A DNA stretch of 58,957 nucleotides from Gemmatimonadales bacterium (GCA_039915645.1 JBDSMX010000263.1:1-58957), one strand, 5' to 3'; positions 1-12,967 are shown, counted from the first letter of the stretch. The notes: generated by a model from the sequence alone, not told the origin. Program-made: numbers and translations.

Positions 1-1019
1 ACCGGATAGATCCACACGCCGAGGATGCCGTGCTCGGCGAGGTGGCGCAGATAGATGTTGTGGGTCGAAAAGCTCAGCGCCCAATCGGTCGTGGCGCCGA
101 TGCCCGCGCCCAGGAAGGGATGGGCAAGGAAGAGCTGCCACGCGAGTGTCGCCGCCGCGGCTCGCTCGTTGGTACTGACATCGTCGAAGGCGTTGCTGAC
201 GCCGCCGGAACCCTCGGTGAGCACGCGGAGTCGCTCGGCCATCAGCGACGACTGCGAGATGTTGCGCGAGACGTCCTCCCAGAGTCCGGTCACCGCCAGA
301 ATCACCACCACGGTGACGATTGCCGCAATCAGCCAGCGCGCGCGGATGCGGCCGCTCCACAATAGCATCACGCCGACCACGCCCATCACGAGCAGCCCGC
401 CGCGCGACAGTGTCATCGCGCTGCCGAGCACGAGTACCGTAATGAGCGCCTCACGTCCACGCTGGACGGTGGCTGCCGCCGCCAGCACCGATGTGATCAG
501 TGCGACTGCCGCGATGTTCGGGTTGATGTAGAGGCCTGCGGCGCGGCCGATGACGGAACTGAACGTCAGTGGACGTAGCAGGTCCACCACGCCAAGCACG
601 ACCGTCACCAGTCCACCGTAGGCGAGCAGCACCCCGCAGCGACGATGCACCGCTGGATGACTCAGGATGCCGACCATCGTGAACAGGAAGAGCGACATCG
701 TGACGCGCTCCCTCATGGCGGCGATTCCCGACGGGCCCTGAAAGCCGAACAGCAGGCTCACGGCACCGAGCAACAAGTAGGCAAGCGCCCAGAGCGCGAG
801 TTCGTGTCGGAAGAGGATGGCGAGTGTCACCGGCGACAGCAGGAACGGAGTCGCCGCCACGGTCAGGCCGAGGGAAAAGAGAAGCGGGGGGACGGGGTTC
901 ACCCCCCGAACAGTCAGAAACACCAGCAGTCCCGACCAGAAGAGCGCGACGGCAAGCACTGCCAGAGCATTCCGGTACGGAGCGCCGCGCGGCACCGCGC
1001 TCACGGGATATCCAGTCAC
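1..1019 (-). CDS. O-antigen ligase/polymerase (Wzy_C) family membrane protein, 3' end outside the window
   Basis: Absent from the ORF track because it has no stop inside the window; translated by hand. GTG at 1019 overlaps the upstream TGA (GTGA). Multi-TM protein with motifs RAAGLYINPN, TLSRGG, HPFLGAGIG and STHNIYLRHLAEHGILG. Confidence 0.85.
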   Translation of the reverse strand, partial: MTGYPVSAVPRGAPYRNALAVLAVALFWSGLLVFLTVRGVNPVPPLLFSLGLTVAATPFLLSPVTLAILFRHELALWALAYLLLGAVSLLFGFQGPSGIAAMRERVTMSLFLFTMVGILSHPAVHRRCGVLLAYGGLVTVVLGVVDLLRPLTFSSVIGRAAGLYINPNIAAVALITSVLAAAATVQRGREALITVLVLGSAMTLSRGGLLVMGVVGVMLLWSGRIRARWLIAAIVTVVVILAVTGLWEDVSRNISQSSLMAERLRVLTEGSGGVSNAFDDVSTNERAAAATLAWQLFLAHPFLGAGIGATTDWALSFSTHNIYLRHLAEHGILGVWIYP

Positions 1020-2119
1020 GAGACTGCCCGCTGTAATACCGCTTCCCATTGGCGACCGACGACCGCCGGCGCAAACTCGAGTGCGCGGGTGCGGGCGGCA
1101 TTGCCAAGTTGGTTCCGACGCTGCGGATCCTCAACCAGTGTGCGTATGGCCGCGGCGATGATCCCCGTTTCTCCGACGGGCGCGAGCAGACCACACTCGC
1201 CGTCCAGCAAGAGCTCAGCAGGTCCCGCCGGACAATCCGTACTCACCACGGCGCAACCCGCAGCCATCGCTTCCAGCAGGCCATTCGGGAAACCCTCGGT
1301 CCTCGAGGTGAAGAGTGCAATGGAAGATGCCCGCAACAAGGCCCCAACATCGCCGCGCACGCCGAGCCAGTCGACCCGGTCGTTGATGCCGAGTGACTCC
1401 GCGAAGGCGACTCCGGCAGAGTGAAGCGGACCATCGCCAATGATCTGCAGCCGCCAGGGGGCTGCGGTCGACTCGGCGAAGGCGGCAATGGCATCAAGAG
1501 GGCATTTCACTGGCGCGAGACGACCGAGGAAGGTGATCGTCGGCGCGCGGCCTTCGAACGTGGGGGCCACCATCAACCCGTTCGCCAAGGGATTGGGGAC
1601 CACCCTGACTCTCCCCTGCCCCCACTCTCCCCGCGCCCAGACGGCTGCCCGCTCCGTCTGCATCGCAATCACTCTCGCCCGTCGATAGGCCTGATGTCGC
1701 ATGATCGACCAGCCAGCTCCGATCGGGTTGCTCGGCGGAAAGTTCCGCTCGGTCACGATGGAGGGGATTCCCTCGCGAGCGGCAGCAATCGCGGCCAACA
1801 CCGAGGCGTGCGTCGTAAACCCCACCGCCACATCCGGACGCCACCGCGCCATCAGGGCGCCGACAGCTCGCACGCGGTTGAGGTTGTTTCGAATGCCCTG
1901 CCAGGGATTTGGAGAATCTCCAGCGACGCGCAGCGCCACCACTTCGACTGCAGCAGTCGGTACGAAGGCCGCGTTCGGCTCATCCCCGAGCGTTGCGATC
2001 AGGACGGTGTGGCCGCTTTCGACCCACAGCTGCGATAACGTCGTCAGGACGCGCTCGGCACCGCCGACGCCGAGCGACGGCACCACCGCGAGAATCCTGA
2101 GCGGGCGTTCGGTCGTCAC
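1016..2119 (-). CDS. GT4 family glycosyltransferase
   Basis: GVGGAERV N-terminal motif, FLGRLAPVK, and the GT-B signature EGFPNGLLEAMAAGCAVVSTDCPAGPAE. Confidence 0.92.
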   Translation of the reverse strand: MTTERPLRILAVVPSLGVGGAERVLTTLSQLWVESGHTVLIATLGDEPNAAFVPTAAVEVVALRVAGDSPNPWQGIRNNLNRVRAVGALMARWRPDVAVGFTTHASVLAAIAAAREGIPSIVTERNFPPSNPIGAGWSIMRHQAYRRARVIAMQTERAAVWARGEWGQGRVRVVPNPLANGLMVAPTFEGRAPTITFLGRLAPVKCPLDAIAAFAESTAAPWRLQIIGDGPLHSAGVAFAESLGINDRVDWLGVRGDVGALLRASSIALFTSRTEGFPNGLLEAMAAGCAVVSTDCPAGPAELLLDGECGLLAPVGETGIIAAAIRTLVEDPQRRNQLGNAARTRALEFAPAVVGRQWEAVLQRAVS

Positions 2120-3408
2120 AGCGCAGCTCCGCGGCCGGCTAGCACTTCCCTGGACGCGCGTGCAAGCAAGGTGGCACGTGTGCTGACTGCGATCATCGTC
2201 GCAGTGGCTGCGCCTATGGCCCCGAACTTCGGGATCAGGAGTGCATTCAGGATGAGGTTGAGTAGCGCCATCCCGGCAATCAGGCGTGAGGCCGCGCGTT
2301 CGTGGCCGGTCATCGTAAGCAGGAAGCCGGCGGCGAAATTCGCACTGAGAATGACCTGACCGATCAGCAGGATCCGCAGCACCGCCACCGAGCCCCGGAA
2401 TTCCTTCCCGAAGATGCCAAGCAGCGTCGGCGCGGCAAAGGCCAGCACGATGGCCGTGATGATGGCGAAAATCAGCAGCAGATTCCGCCCCCGACGCACC
2501 AGCGCGGCAGTGCCCTCCCGATCGCCCTGGGCCCAGTGCGCGGCAATGCCTGGGGCGACGATGCTGCTGAGCGCCGCGACGCCGACGCCGATGGCCCCTG
2601 CCAGTTGGCTCGACGCCACATACGGCCCCGACTCCGACGTGTCGCGGATCATGCCGAGGAGAATGGTATCCGTGCTCGCAAGGACAACCTGCGCTGCACC
2701 AACAAGCAGCAGGTGTTGCGAAGTCTTCAACCAGCCGTCCTCGCCAGCAATCCGGAACCCGCGGAATTGGGGCGCGCCACCAAAGAGTCGTTGCGATACC
2801 AGCACGACTACAACCAGCGCCACCCCGGCAGTCGCGGCGTTAGCCAACAGGACCGCACCAGCCGAAGCAATGGTGGCGGGAACTGCGAACCACACGACCA
2901 GCACGAACGCGGCTCCACGCACCACACCGAGGATCGCGTTGCTGGTTGCCGCGCGCCCGAGTCCCTGCAGATGCGACCCGACCACCTGGAGCACGGTATT
3001 GACCGTGAGCAGGAGCGTCCCAGCGAGGAGGGCACTCCGCAGGGTGCCCGCGATCGGACGCGGCCAGAGCATTACACCGAACAGCACTAGCAGCGAGACG
3101 CCGGCGCTGCACAGCGAGACTACGGACAGCGACCAGCCGCGGTACACCCCGAGGCGCTCTGCGTCGCCGACGGTACGATAGTGCGCCACGAACCGCATCG
3201 ATGCGGCCGGGATGCCGACGGCCGTGAAGAGACCGAGCATCGCGATCCACGACAGGGTGTACGTGTACTCCCCGTAGATCCCGGCGCCGAGGCGTCGCGC
3301 GATCAGGACCTGACCGACCAAGGAGAGGACGGCTGCTCCTCCCGAGCCAATGAGCACGAGGGAAGCCCTGCCTGCGAGTTGCCGCGCTGCCTGTCGCTCA
3401 CCTGACAT
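2116..3408 (-). CDS. Wzx-type oligosaccharide flippase / polysaccharide biosynthesis export protein
   Basis: Start reassigned to ATG 3408 (TGATG overlap with the asnB stop). ARRLGAGIYGEY, many TM segments, C-terminal LNALLIPKFGAIGAATAT. Confidence 0.9.
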   Translation of the reverse strand: MSGERQAARQLAGRASLVLIGSGGAAVLSLVGQVLIARRLGAGIYGEYTYTLSWIAMLGLFTAVGIPAASMRFVAHYRTVGDAERLGVYRGWSLSVVSLCSAGVSLLVLFGVMLWPRPIAGTLRSALLAGTLLLTVNTVLQVVGSHLQGLGRAATSNAILGVVRGAAFVLVVWFAVPATIASAGAVLLANAATAGVALVVVVLVSQRLFGGAPQFRGFRIAGEDGWLKTSQHLLLVGAAQVVLASTDTILLGMIRDTSESGPYVASSQLAGAIGVGVAALSSIVAPGIAAHWAQGDREGTAALVRRGRNLLLIFAIITAIVLAFAAPTLLGIFGKEFRGSVAVLRILLIGQVILSANFAAGFLLTMTGHERAASRLIAGMALLNLILNALLIPKFGAIGAATATMIAVSTRATLLARASREVLAGRGAAL

Positions 3409-5348
3409 CAGGCGCGACCCTCCTGAGCCGCGAGCCAGCGATCGAAGATCATCACCGGCCAGAGGGCGTACTGCCGGTTCCGGCCACCGGAGAGATGCTC
3501 CTGCACCACGCGACGCACGACCGCAGGTTCGAGATACTCCCCCAGTGCGGTTCCTTCGAGTCGCGTCAGGGGCTCCATCTCGCCGCGCAATGGCCCGCGC
3601 AACCATTCGGCCAACGGAATCGCAAAGCCACGCTTGGGCCGCTCGAAGAGCGCGCGCGGCATTCGCCGGGCGAGCAACCGTCGAAGCACCGCCTTCCCTG
3701 CCCCGTCCACAATCCGTTGCGCTGCCGGAATGCGCGCAGCCACCGCCAATACTTCGTGGTGAAGGAACGGGGCGCGGGACTCGAGCGACACCGCCATCGC
3801 GGTGCGATCGACCTTGCACAGGATATCATCGGGGAGATACGTCAGCTGATCGGCCACCATCATCGCGCCGACGAAATCACTCGCGTGATCGAGCGATGCT
3901 TCGCCGAGGATCGTCGCCGGCTCGCTGCCTCCGCGCACCAAAGTGGTCGGCTCCTTCCACTGCGACACGAGGTAGCGATAGTAGTTCGACTGGGTGAGCG
4001 GACGCCGCAGGATATCGGCCACCGTGTGCACCCGATCACCATTCAGACCAAGGCGGCCGAGCCCGAACCGCTCGATGACACCATCCCAGCGCTCGGGCGG
4101 GAGCAGGTCGAGGACCTTCGAGAGCAGGCCACGCATCGGTGCGGGGAGTCGGCGCAGTCTGGGCCACGAGCGCGACGCGAAGAGATAGCGATTGTAGCCG
4201 CCGAATGCCTCATCGCCGCCATCGCCGGAGAGCGAGACCGTCACGTGCTGCCGCGCCATCTGCGCCACCAGGAAGGTGGGCAGTTGCGAGGAATCTGCGA
4301 ACGGCTCGTCGAACATCGTGGCGATCGAGGGAATCACATCGAGGGCATCGTGGGCACTCAGGTAGTGCTCGGTGTGCTCGGTTCCCAGGTGGGCCGCCAC
4401 CGCCTTGGCGTGGTCCGCCTCGTTGAATGCAGCCTCGTGGAAGCCGACCGTGAATGTCTTCACCGGACGACTGCTCTGCGCCTGCATCAGTGCGACGATG
4501 AGCGATGAGTCAATTCCCCCTGAGAGAAAGGCGCCGAGCGGAACGTCTGCGACCATCTCCTGTCCGATGACGCGCAGCAGCACCTGCTCCACCTCGTCGG
4601 CCACTGCATCGGGGCCTCCCTGCATCAGCGTGCTGGTGCCCTGCTCTGCCACCGCTCGCGCCGACCAGTACGGCATGGGTGCGGGCCAGCGCTCGGCGCC
4701 AGGCCGGAATGTCACCAGCGTGCCGGGTGGCAGCTTGCGGACGTTCTCGAAGATGCTGTACGGGCCGGGGATATAGCTGTGCCGGAAGTAGAGCGTAAGC
4801 GCGCCGCGGTCGATCGCCCCGTGCCATGCCGGATGCTGCTTGAGGGCCTTCAACTCCGACCCGAAGAGCAATACACCATTGCACCAGCCGTAGTAGAGCG
4901 GCTTCTCGCCAACCCGGTCCCGCACCAGCGTGAGGGTCCGCTCCTGGCGATCCCAAACGGCCATTGCGAACATCCCGGCGGAGCGCTCCACCGCGGTGAC
5001 GACACCGAGCCGGTCACACATCGCCAGAAAGACTTCGGTATCGGAGTGACCCCGCCAAGACACGCCGTGACGATCTTCTTCGGCGCGCAGTTCGCGCCAG
5101 TTGTAGAACTCGCCGTTGAACGTGACCACGTAGCGTCCGCTCGGCGAAACCATCGGCTGCGCCCCGGCCGGCGACAGATCGAGGATCGACAGCCGACGGT
5201 GCCCGAGCACCACGCCGGACTCGGCGTCGAGCCAGTGTCCCTCGCCATCCGGCCCGCGATGCCGGATCGCATCGGTCATCCGCTGGATGACGCTCTGCGC
5301 TCCGTCCATCAGGCCGTCAGACTGCCAGAATCCTGCAATGCCGCACAT
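3408..5348 (-). CDS. asnB: Asparagine synthase (glutamine-hydrolysing)-type amidotransferase, glycan-cluster associated
   Basis: Start at ATG 5348 gives the Ntn N-terminus MCGIAG. Motifs HRGPD, LSGGIDSS, SGDGGDE, KVDR, RPKRGF. Confidence 0.95.
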   Translation of the reverse strand: MCGIAGFWQSDGLMDGAQSVIQRMTDAIRHRGPDGEGHWLDAESGVVLGHRRLSILDLSPAGAQPMVSPSGRYVVTFNGEFYNWRELRAEEDRHGVSWRGHSDTEVFLAMCDRLGVVTAVERSAGMFAMAVWDRQERTLTLVRDRVGEKPLYYGWCNGVLLFGSELKALKQHPAWHGAIDRGALTLYFRHSYIPGPYSIFENVRKLPPGTLVTFRPGAERWPAPMPYWSARAVAEQGTSTLMQGGPDAVADEVEQVLLRVIGQEMVADVPLGAFLSGGIDSSLIVALMQAQSSRPVKTFTVGFHEAAFNEADHAKAVAAHLGTEHTEHYLSAHDALDVIPSIATMFDEPFADSSQLPTFLVAQMARQHVTVSLSGDGGDEAFGGYNRYLFASRSWPRLRRLPAPMRGLLSKVLDLLPPERWDGVIERFGLGRLGLNGDRVHTVADILRRPLTQSNYYRYLVSQWKEPTTLVRGGSEPATILGEASLDHASDFVGAMMVADQLTYLPDDILCKVDRTAMAVSLESRAPFLHHEVLAVAARIPAAQRIVDGAGKAVLRRLLARRMPRALFERPKRGFAIPLAEWLRGPLRGEMEPLTRLEGTALGEYLEPAVVRRVVQEHLSGGRNRQYALWPVMIFDRWLAAQEGRA

Positions 5349-5427
5349 TGGGGTCCGGGGGTGCGGGGAAACAGAAGAAATCGCCCAACTATCGGTCAGT
5401 TGCGTCGAAGCTTGATCCTGCGACCGT

Positions 5428-6729
5428 TCAGCCTTCCGCTTTGGCGCGCTCCTGCCACCAGCGGAGTCGCTCCGCGATCTTTTTTTCGTAGCCGAACGCG
5501 CCTGGCTCGTAGAAGTCCCGCTCGCCAACCTCGCCCGGGAGATAGCTCTGCGGCAGGTAACCGGCGGGTGAGTCGAAGGCGTAGCGGTACCCGGCTCCGT
5601 AGCCGAGTTCCTTCATCAACTTGGTCGGTGCATTGCGGATGTGCAGCGGCACCGGGGCGGCCGGTGTCGCGGCAGCCGCTTCCTGCGCCTCCCCCCACGC
5701 GACGTAGACCCGGTTCGACTTGGGGGCCGTCGCCAGGTAGACAGTCGCCTCTGCCAGAGCCAGATCACCTTCCGGACTCCCCAGCATCTGCCACGCATCC
5801 CGTGCCGCGATCGTCACAGCCAGCGCCGCTGGCTCGGCAAGGCCGATGTCTTCTGAAGCCATGCGAATCAAACGGCGAGCGACATAGAGGCCATCTTCGC
5901 CTCCGGCCATCATGCGGGCGAGCCAGTAGAGCGCCGCCTGCGGGTCGCTGCCGCGCACCGACTTGTGCAACGCCGACACGAGGTCGTAGTGCTGCTCACG
6001 ATTCTTGTCGAAGACGGCGACGCGTCGGGCGAGCGCCTCAAGCGCGATCTCCCTGGAAATGACGCCGTGATCACCAACTTGTTGTGCGGCCGCCTCGAGG
6101 ACGGTCAGCACCCGGCGCGCGTCACCGTCGGCCACCTCGGCGAGCGCATCGCGTGCATCGGGCGGCATCGTGATCTCGAGGGCCGCGAGGCCGTTGTCAC
6201 GATCCTCGAGTGCGCGGTCGATCACCCGCCGCAAGTCCGCGGGTGCGAGTGGCTCGAGGACCCAGACCCGGCAGCGCGACAAGAGCGCTCCATTGAGTTC
6301 GAACGAGGGATTCTCCGTCGTCGCACCGATCAGCGTCACAACACCCTGCTCCACCGCCGGGAGTAGCGCATCCTGCTGCCCGCGATTGAAGCGATGGATT
6401 TCGTCACAGAAGAGAATGGTGCCGCGCCCGAGCCGGCGCCGATCCTCCGCCTCCTTGATCAGTTCGCGCAGCCGGGGCACCCCTTCGGTCACTGCGCTCA
6501 GCGGTACGAACTGTCGGTCCGTGTGCCGCGCCATCAACCGTGCGAGTGTCGTTTTCCCCGTGCCCGGCGGCCCCCAGAGAATCGTGCTCCCGACATCGCC
6601 GCGACGAATCGCATCGCCCAGCGGCTTCCCCGGCGCCAACAGTTGCTCCTGGCCAACGAAGTCCTCGAGCCGCCTCGGACGCATCCGGGCCGCCAGCGGC
6701 TCCAGCGGGGAGAAGAGCGAGTCGCTCAT
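5428..6729 (-). CDS. rarA: Replication-associated recombination protein A (RarA/MgsA AAA+ ATPase)
   Basis: PLAARMRP, WGPPGTGKTT, DEIHRFN, GATTENPSF, SALHKSVRGSD, SEDIGLA. Confidence 0.96.
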   Translation of the reverse strand: MSDSLFSPLEPLAARMRPRRLEDFVGQEQLLAPGKPLGDAIRRGDVGSTILWGPPGTGKTTLARLMARHTDRQFVPLSAVTEGVPRLRELIKEAEDRRRLGRGTILFCDEIHRFNRGQQDALLPAVEQGVVTLIGATTENPSFELNGALLSRCRVWVLEPLAPADLRRVIDRALEDRDNGLAALEITMPPDARDALAEVADGDARRVLTVLEAAAQQVGDHGVISREIALEALARRVAVFDKNREQHYDLVSALHKSVRGSDPQAALYWLARMMAGGEDGLYVARRLIRMASEDIGLAEPAALAVTIAARDAWQMLGSPEGDLALAEATVYLATAPKSNRVYVAWGEAQEAAAATPAAPVPLHIRNAPTKLMKELGYGAGYRYAFDSPAGYLPQSYLPGEVGERDFYEPGAFGYEKKIAERLRWWQERAKAEG

Positions 6730-7916
6730 GTCACCGTCCGGGCGAGCGCCAGCAACTGCTCGTGCGTGTTGAGCGAAGGATCCTCAAGTACCGCGTCGAG
6801 GAGCACCGCAATGACGCGGCCCACGAGTGGCCCGCTCGGGAATCCTGCTTCAAGCAGTTGAGCGCCGTCGATCGCGAGTGCCCCGCGGTGGGTCGGCTCA
6901 CCACGCTCCCTGATCCCGGCAATCGTTTCGAGCCAGGGCGCCGCCGCGTCATCGCGCCACGAGGCGAGGCGCACCAGATCATCCGCCGCGGGTCCGGTGT
7001 CGGCGAGCCACCGGCGCACGACGTTCGGCTCAGGCGTACCCGGCGATCGCGGACCGCGGTCGATCCCCTCGGCGCGACGAATCTCGGCCGTCGAGCCCTT
7101 GAGCCGACGCCACACAGGCGCCGACGGCGCGGCAAGGAACGCCGTCACCAGGATCGGGTCTCGATCATCGACACGGACGTCGTTGGGCGCGACAGCGTGC
7201 AGCTCCGGAATCCAGGTCGCAGCGACGCCGCTCCGCACCCACAGTGTTGCGAGGTGGGCCGCAGATCGCGCCGTCGTCAAACCCTTGATCCACTCGTCAC
7301 GGACCCGCTCGGCCGAGAGGTGGCTGGTGTCGTGCGCCTGATCCGTCGCCGCACGCCACGTTTCCGGATCGATGGTGAAATCGAACCGCGCCGCGAACCG
7401 GAGGGCGCGGAGAATCCGGAGTCGGTCCTCGTGGAAGCGCTGATCCGGATCGCCGACCGCACGAATCCGGTGGGCGAGCAAGTCGTCGAGGCCGCCGAAC
7501 GGATCGCGCCAGGTCTGGTGCACCGGATGGTACGCCATCGCGTTGATGGTGAAATCGCGCCTGGCGAGATCGTCATCGAGTTCGACACCGAACTCCACCT
7601 CGGCGTGCCTCCCATCCGTCCGGACATCACGCCGGAAGGTGGTGACTTCGTGGAGTACACCGTCGTCATCGAGCACCCCGACCGTCCCGTGTTCGATCCC
7701 GACGGGAATGGTGCGACGGAAGAGCTGGCGCACCACTGCGGGCGGAGCCGCCGTTGCGAGATCGACATCCTGTGCAGGATGATGCTGGTCGCCGAGAAGC
7801 GCGTCACGAATCGCGCCGCCGACGCACCAGGTCTCGTGCCCCGCATCCTCGAGGACACGGAGAATGGCGACGACCTGCGGCGGCACCGGGATGCTCTCAG
7901 GGAAGCGCGTCATCAT
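6726..7916 (-). CDS. Class II CCA tRNA nucleotidyltransferase
   Basis: VGGAIRD..DVDLAT, DLARRDFTINAMA, EDRLRILRALRFAARF, SAERVRDE. Start trimmed to ATG 7916 (alternatively 7913). Confidence 0.9.
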   Translation of the reverse strand: MMTRFPESIPVPPQVVAILRVLEDAGHETWCVGGAIRDALLGDQHHPAQDVDLATAAPPAVVRQLFRRTIPVGIEHGTVGVLDDDGVLHEVTTFRRDVRTDGRHAEVEFGVELDDDLARRDFTINAMAYHPVHQTWRDPFGGLDDLLAHRIRAVGDPDQRFHEDRLRILRALRFAARFDFTIDPETWRAATDQAHDTSHLSAERVRDEWIKGLTTARSAAHLATLWVRSGVAATWIPELHAVAPNDVRVDDRDPILVTAFLAAPSAPVWRRLKGSTAEIRRAEGIDRGPRSPGTPEPNVVRRWLADTGPAADDLVRLASWRDDAAAPWLETIAGIRERGEPTHRGALAIDGAQLLEAGFPSGPLVGRVIAVLLDAVLEDPSLNTHEQLLALARTVT

Positions 7917-7935
7917 GATCCGGCTCGCCCTCCCC

Positions 7936-8688
7936 TCAGCCGCAGAGTACGCTGCCGCCGTTGACGTTGAGAATTTCGCCAGTGATGTGGCGCGCGAGAT
8001 CCGAGAGCAGGAAGAGGATCGGGCCAGCGACATCATCGACGGTGGCGATGCGCTCGAGCGGTATCGAGGCCGCGATGCTCGCGCGGCCTTCGGCGGCATA
8101 GGCGGATGCGCTCATCTCGGTGTCGATCCAGCCGGGCGCCACACAATTCACCGCGATCCCGGGAGCGCACTCGATGGCCAGCGATTTCACCAGCGCCATC
8201 ATCGCGCCCTTCGAGGCCGCGTAGTCTGCGTGCATCGCCTCGCCACGCTGACCGGCGGTGCTGCCGACCATCACGATTCGCCCGCCAGGTGCGAGCAGGC
8301 CGAGCGCTGCGCGCGTCGTGAGGAAGACGGCATCGAGATTGGTGCGCAGCGTAGCGCGCCACCGTTCCGGCGCCATCGACGACAGCGGCGTTTCGGCTGC
8401 GGGCCACACGCCATGATTGGCCACAAAGCCATCGAGACCACCGAACGCGGCCTGCACTTCGGCAAAGAGCTGACTCACGCGGAGTGGATCCCCCAGATCC
8501 CCGCCACCCACATACGCTCGCCGGCCCATGGTGCGGATGGCGCGAGCGACCGCGTCGGCGTCGGCTCGGCGAGTGTGATACGTGATGCCGACGTCGGCTC
8601 CGGCGCTGGCGCAGAGCAGCGCGGTCGCCCGCCCCACACCGCGCGACCCGCCTGTCACCAGCACCCGCTTTCCTGCCAGCGAAATCAC
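7936..8688 (-). CDS. Short-chain dehydrogenase/reductase (FabG-like)
   Basis: TGGSRGVG, YAASK catalytic motif, NCVAPGWIDT, GEILNVNGG. Confidence 0.92.
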   Translation of the reverse strand: MISLAGKRVLVTGGSRGVGRATALLCASAGADVGITYHTRRADADAVARAIRTMGRRAYVGGGDLGDPLRVSQLFAEVQAAFGGLDGFVANHGVWPAAETPLSSMAPERWRATLRTNLDAVFLTTRAALGLLAPGGRIVMVGSTAGQRGEAMHADYAASKGAMMALVKSLAIECAPGIAVNCVAPGWIDTEMSASAYAAEGRASIAASIPLERIATVDDVAGPILFLLSDLARHITGEILNVNGGSVLCG

Positions 8689-9260
8689 GCGCCGAACTCA
8701 GCCGTCAGGATGGCGGCGATCTGATGCTGGATGGCGAGATGAATTTCCTGGATGTGATTGACCCGATCATCGGCGACGACGACCGCATGGTCGACGAGGG
8801 CGCGCAGCGCTCCGCCACCCTGACCGAGGAAACCAATCGTCGTGACACCCAGGTCACGCGCCGCCGACACCGCCGCGATGCAATTGGTGCTGTTGCCCGA
8901 CGTACTGTGCACCACGAGCAGGTCCCCGGGGCGCGCGAGCGCAGCAAGCTGCCGCGCGAAGAGCTGGTCGAAACCGAAGTCGTTTCCAGCGGCCGTGAGG
9001 ACCGAGGAATCGGTCGTGAGCGCAATCGCCCGCAGGGCTCGCCGCTGCCCCGCGTGGTAGCGCACCACATACTCGGCGGCGATATGCTGGGCGTCTGCCG
9101 CCGAGCCACCGTTGCCCGCAAAGAAGAGGGTGCCACCTGAGGCCAGACAGTGCCGCATCGCCGCCACGACGGGCGTGAGCGCCTCGCTCTGGTCGGCCGC
9201 GGCGCTGGCGGCCGTGGCAAGCGCACGGAGGCCGGTCGCGATCTGCTCGTGGTCGGTCAT
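8685..9260 (-). CDS. gmhA: Phosphoheptose isomerase (SIS domain)
   Basis: GNGGSAADAQH, GNDFGFD, STSGNS, HIQEIH. Confidence 0.88.
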   Translation of the reverse strand: MTDHEQIATGLRALATAASAAADQSEALTPVVAAMRHCLASGGTLFFAGNGGSAADAQHIAAEYVVRYHAGQRRALRAIALTTDSSVLTAAGNDFGFDQLFARQLAALARPGDLLVVHSTSGNSTNCIAAVSAARDLGVTTIGFLGQGGGALRALVDHAVVVADDRVNHIQEIHLAIQHQIAAILTAEFGA

Positions 9261-10012
9261 TCTTCGTCAAACATCCGGCGGACCTTGCTCCAGAGCGATG
9301 TCCGGATCTTCAAGGGGTCCACCTCGTAGATGGCCTGATCGTCGAGAATCGCACGCGGATTGGTGTCGAGCAGCAGGAGCGCCTGATCGGCGCCATCCAG
9401 TTCGCTCAACCAGTCCAGCGCCGTCGCCACGCATCGCTCGTCACCGTGGTTGTCGCCGGCAAGAATGTCGGCGAGGCCTTCGCGCACCAGATCACGCGCG
9501 CGTTCGCCGCGTGATCGAGGCATCGTGAGTGTGGTCGCATCGATCTGCATCACCGCACCGAGGTCGCGCCAGGCGCGCACGGTGTCGACCGAGCACGAGG
9601 AATAGCGCTCAGGATGGGCGAGGATCGGGACGAGCCCGGTTGCAAGCACGTCGCTGAGTGCCCGCGCGACGATTTCCGCCGGCACCATCCGGGAGAACTC
9701 CACGAGCAGGTACCGAGTGCCGTTGATCGTCACCTTCCGTTCGGCCACCGCCGCCGGGATCGGCCGATCCAGCATGATCTCGGCACCCCGATGGAGCGTG
9801 ATTCCCTCGGGGACTTCCGCCGTCAGTGCCGCCCAGGCTTCGTCATGCGCCGCGGAGAAGCCATCACCCGCACGAGACGCAAGGAGGTGAGGCGTGCAGG
9901 CGACATTGGTCACCCCCTTCGATGCGAACGACCGCAGCACGCGGAGTGATTGCTGCACGCTGCGGGAGCCGTCATCCACGCCCGGGAGCAGATGGCCGTG
10001 AAGATCGATCAT
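9257..10012 (-). CDS. CpsB/CapC-family PHP tyrosine-protein phosphatase
   Basis: MIDLHGHLLPGVDDG, TPH, AHPERY and DNHG metal-ligand motifs. Confidence 0.9.
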   Translation of the reverse strand: MIDLHGHLLPGVDDGSRSVQQSLRVLRSFASKGVTNVACTPHLLASRAGDGFSAAHDEAWAALTAEVPEGITLHRGAEIMLDRPIPAAVAERKVTINGTRYLLVEFSRMVPAEIVARALSDVLATGLVPILAHPERYSSCSVDTVRAWRDLGAVMQIDATTLTMPRSRGERARDLVREGLADILAGDNHGDERCVATALDWLSELDGADQALLLLDTNPRAILDDQAIYEVDPLKIRTSLWSKVRRMFDEE

Positions 10013-10310
10013 GCTGCCACCGCACGGAATCGGAGCATCGCGGCATCAGCGGCGAGCGTCTCTGGGGAGCGTTCGGCGGTCGCCAGCAATGCCAGCGTGA
10101 TCAGGGCATCGGCGGCAAGCAGGTCGAGTGCGGTATCGCGACCGCGCCCCGCGGCCGTGGCTGCAGCCAATGCTGCATCACCTGCTTCGGCGAGTCGCAG
10201 CGTGAGCCCGGCAGCGCTCGCCGCCCGGAAGTGCGCCACGACCTGCTCACGCAACCGGGTCGGCGCCCCGGTGGTATGGCTGATCACCCACTCCTCATCA
10301 CCGACGCGCG

Positions 10311-10314
<4 letters not shown>
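10009..10314 (-). CDS. Small Ala-rich hypothetical protein
   Basis: Fills the gap between alaS and the phosphatase, with 4-nt ATGA overlaps at both ends. Confidence 0.65.
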
Positions 10315-12923
<2,609 letters not shown>

Positions 12924-12935
12924 GCTGAAAATCTA
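12924..12935 (-). promoter_or_regulatory. Putative -10 element of a leaderless alaS transcript
   Basis: Minus strand TAGATT-ttcagc-ATG: the -10-like hexamer ends 6 nt before the ATG, and there is no Shine-Dalgarno. Confidence 0.55.
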
Positions 12936-12967
12936 ACGGGAGAGCGGCCGTGACCGGGAGGAACGGA

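Noticed and set aside
3409-3819. N-terminal extensions in the ORF track (flippase, asnB, CCA enzyme, pilT, tolR, pal, adaptor, uvrB and others)
   Set aside because: They overlap upstream genes or promoters. Downstream starts match family N-termini, SD positions or stop-start overlaps.
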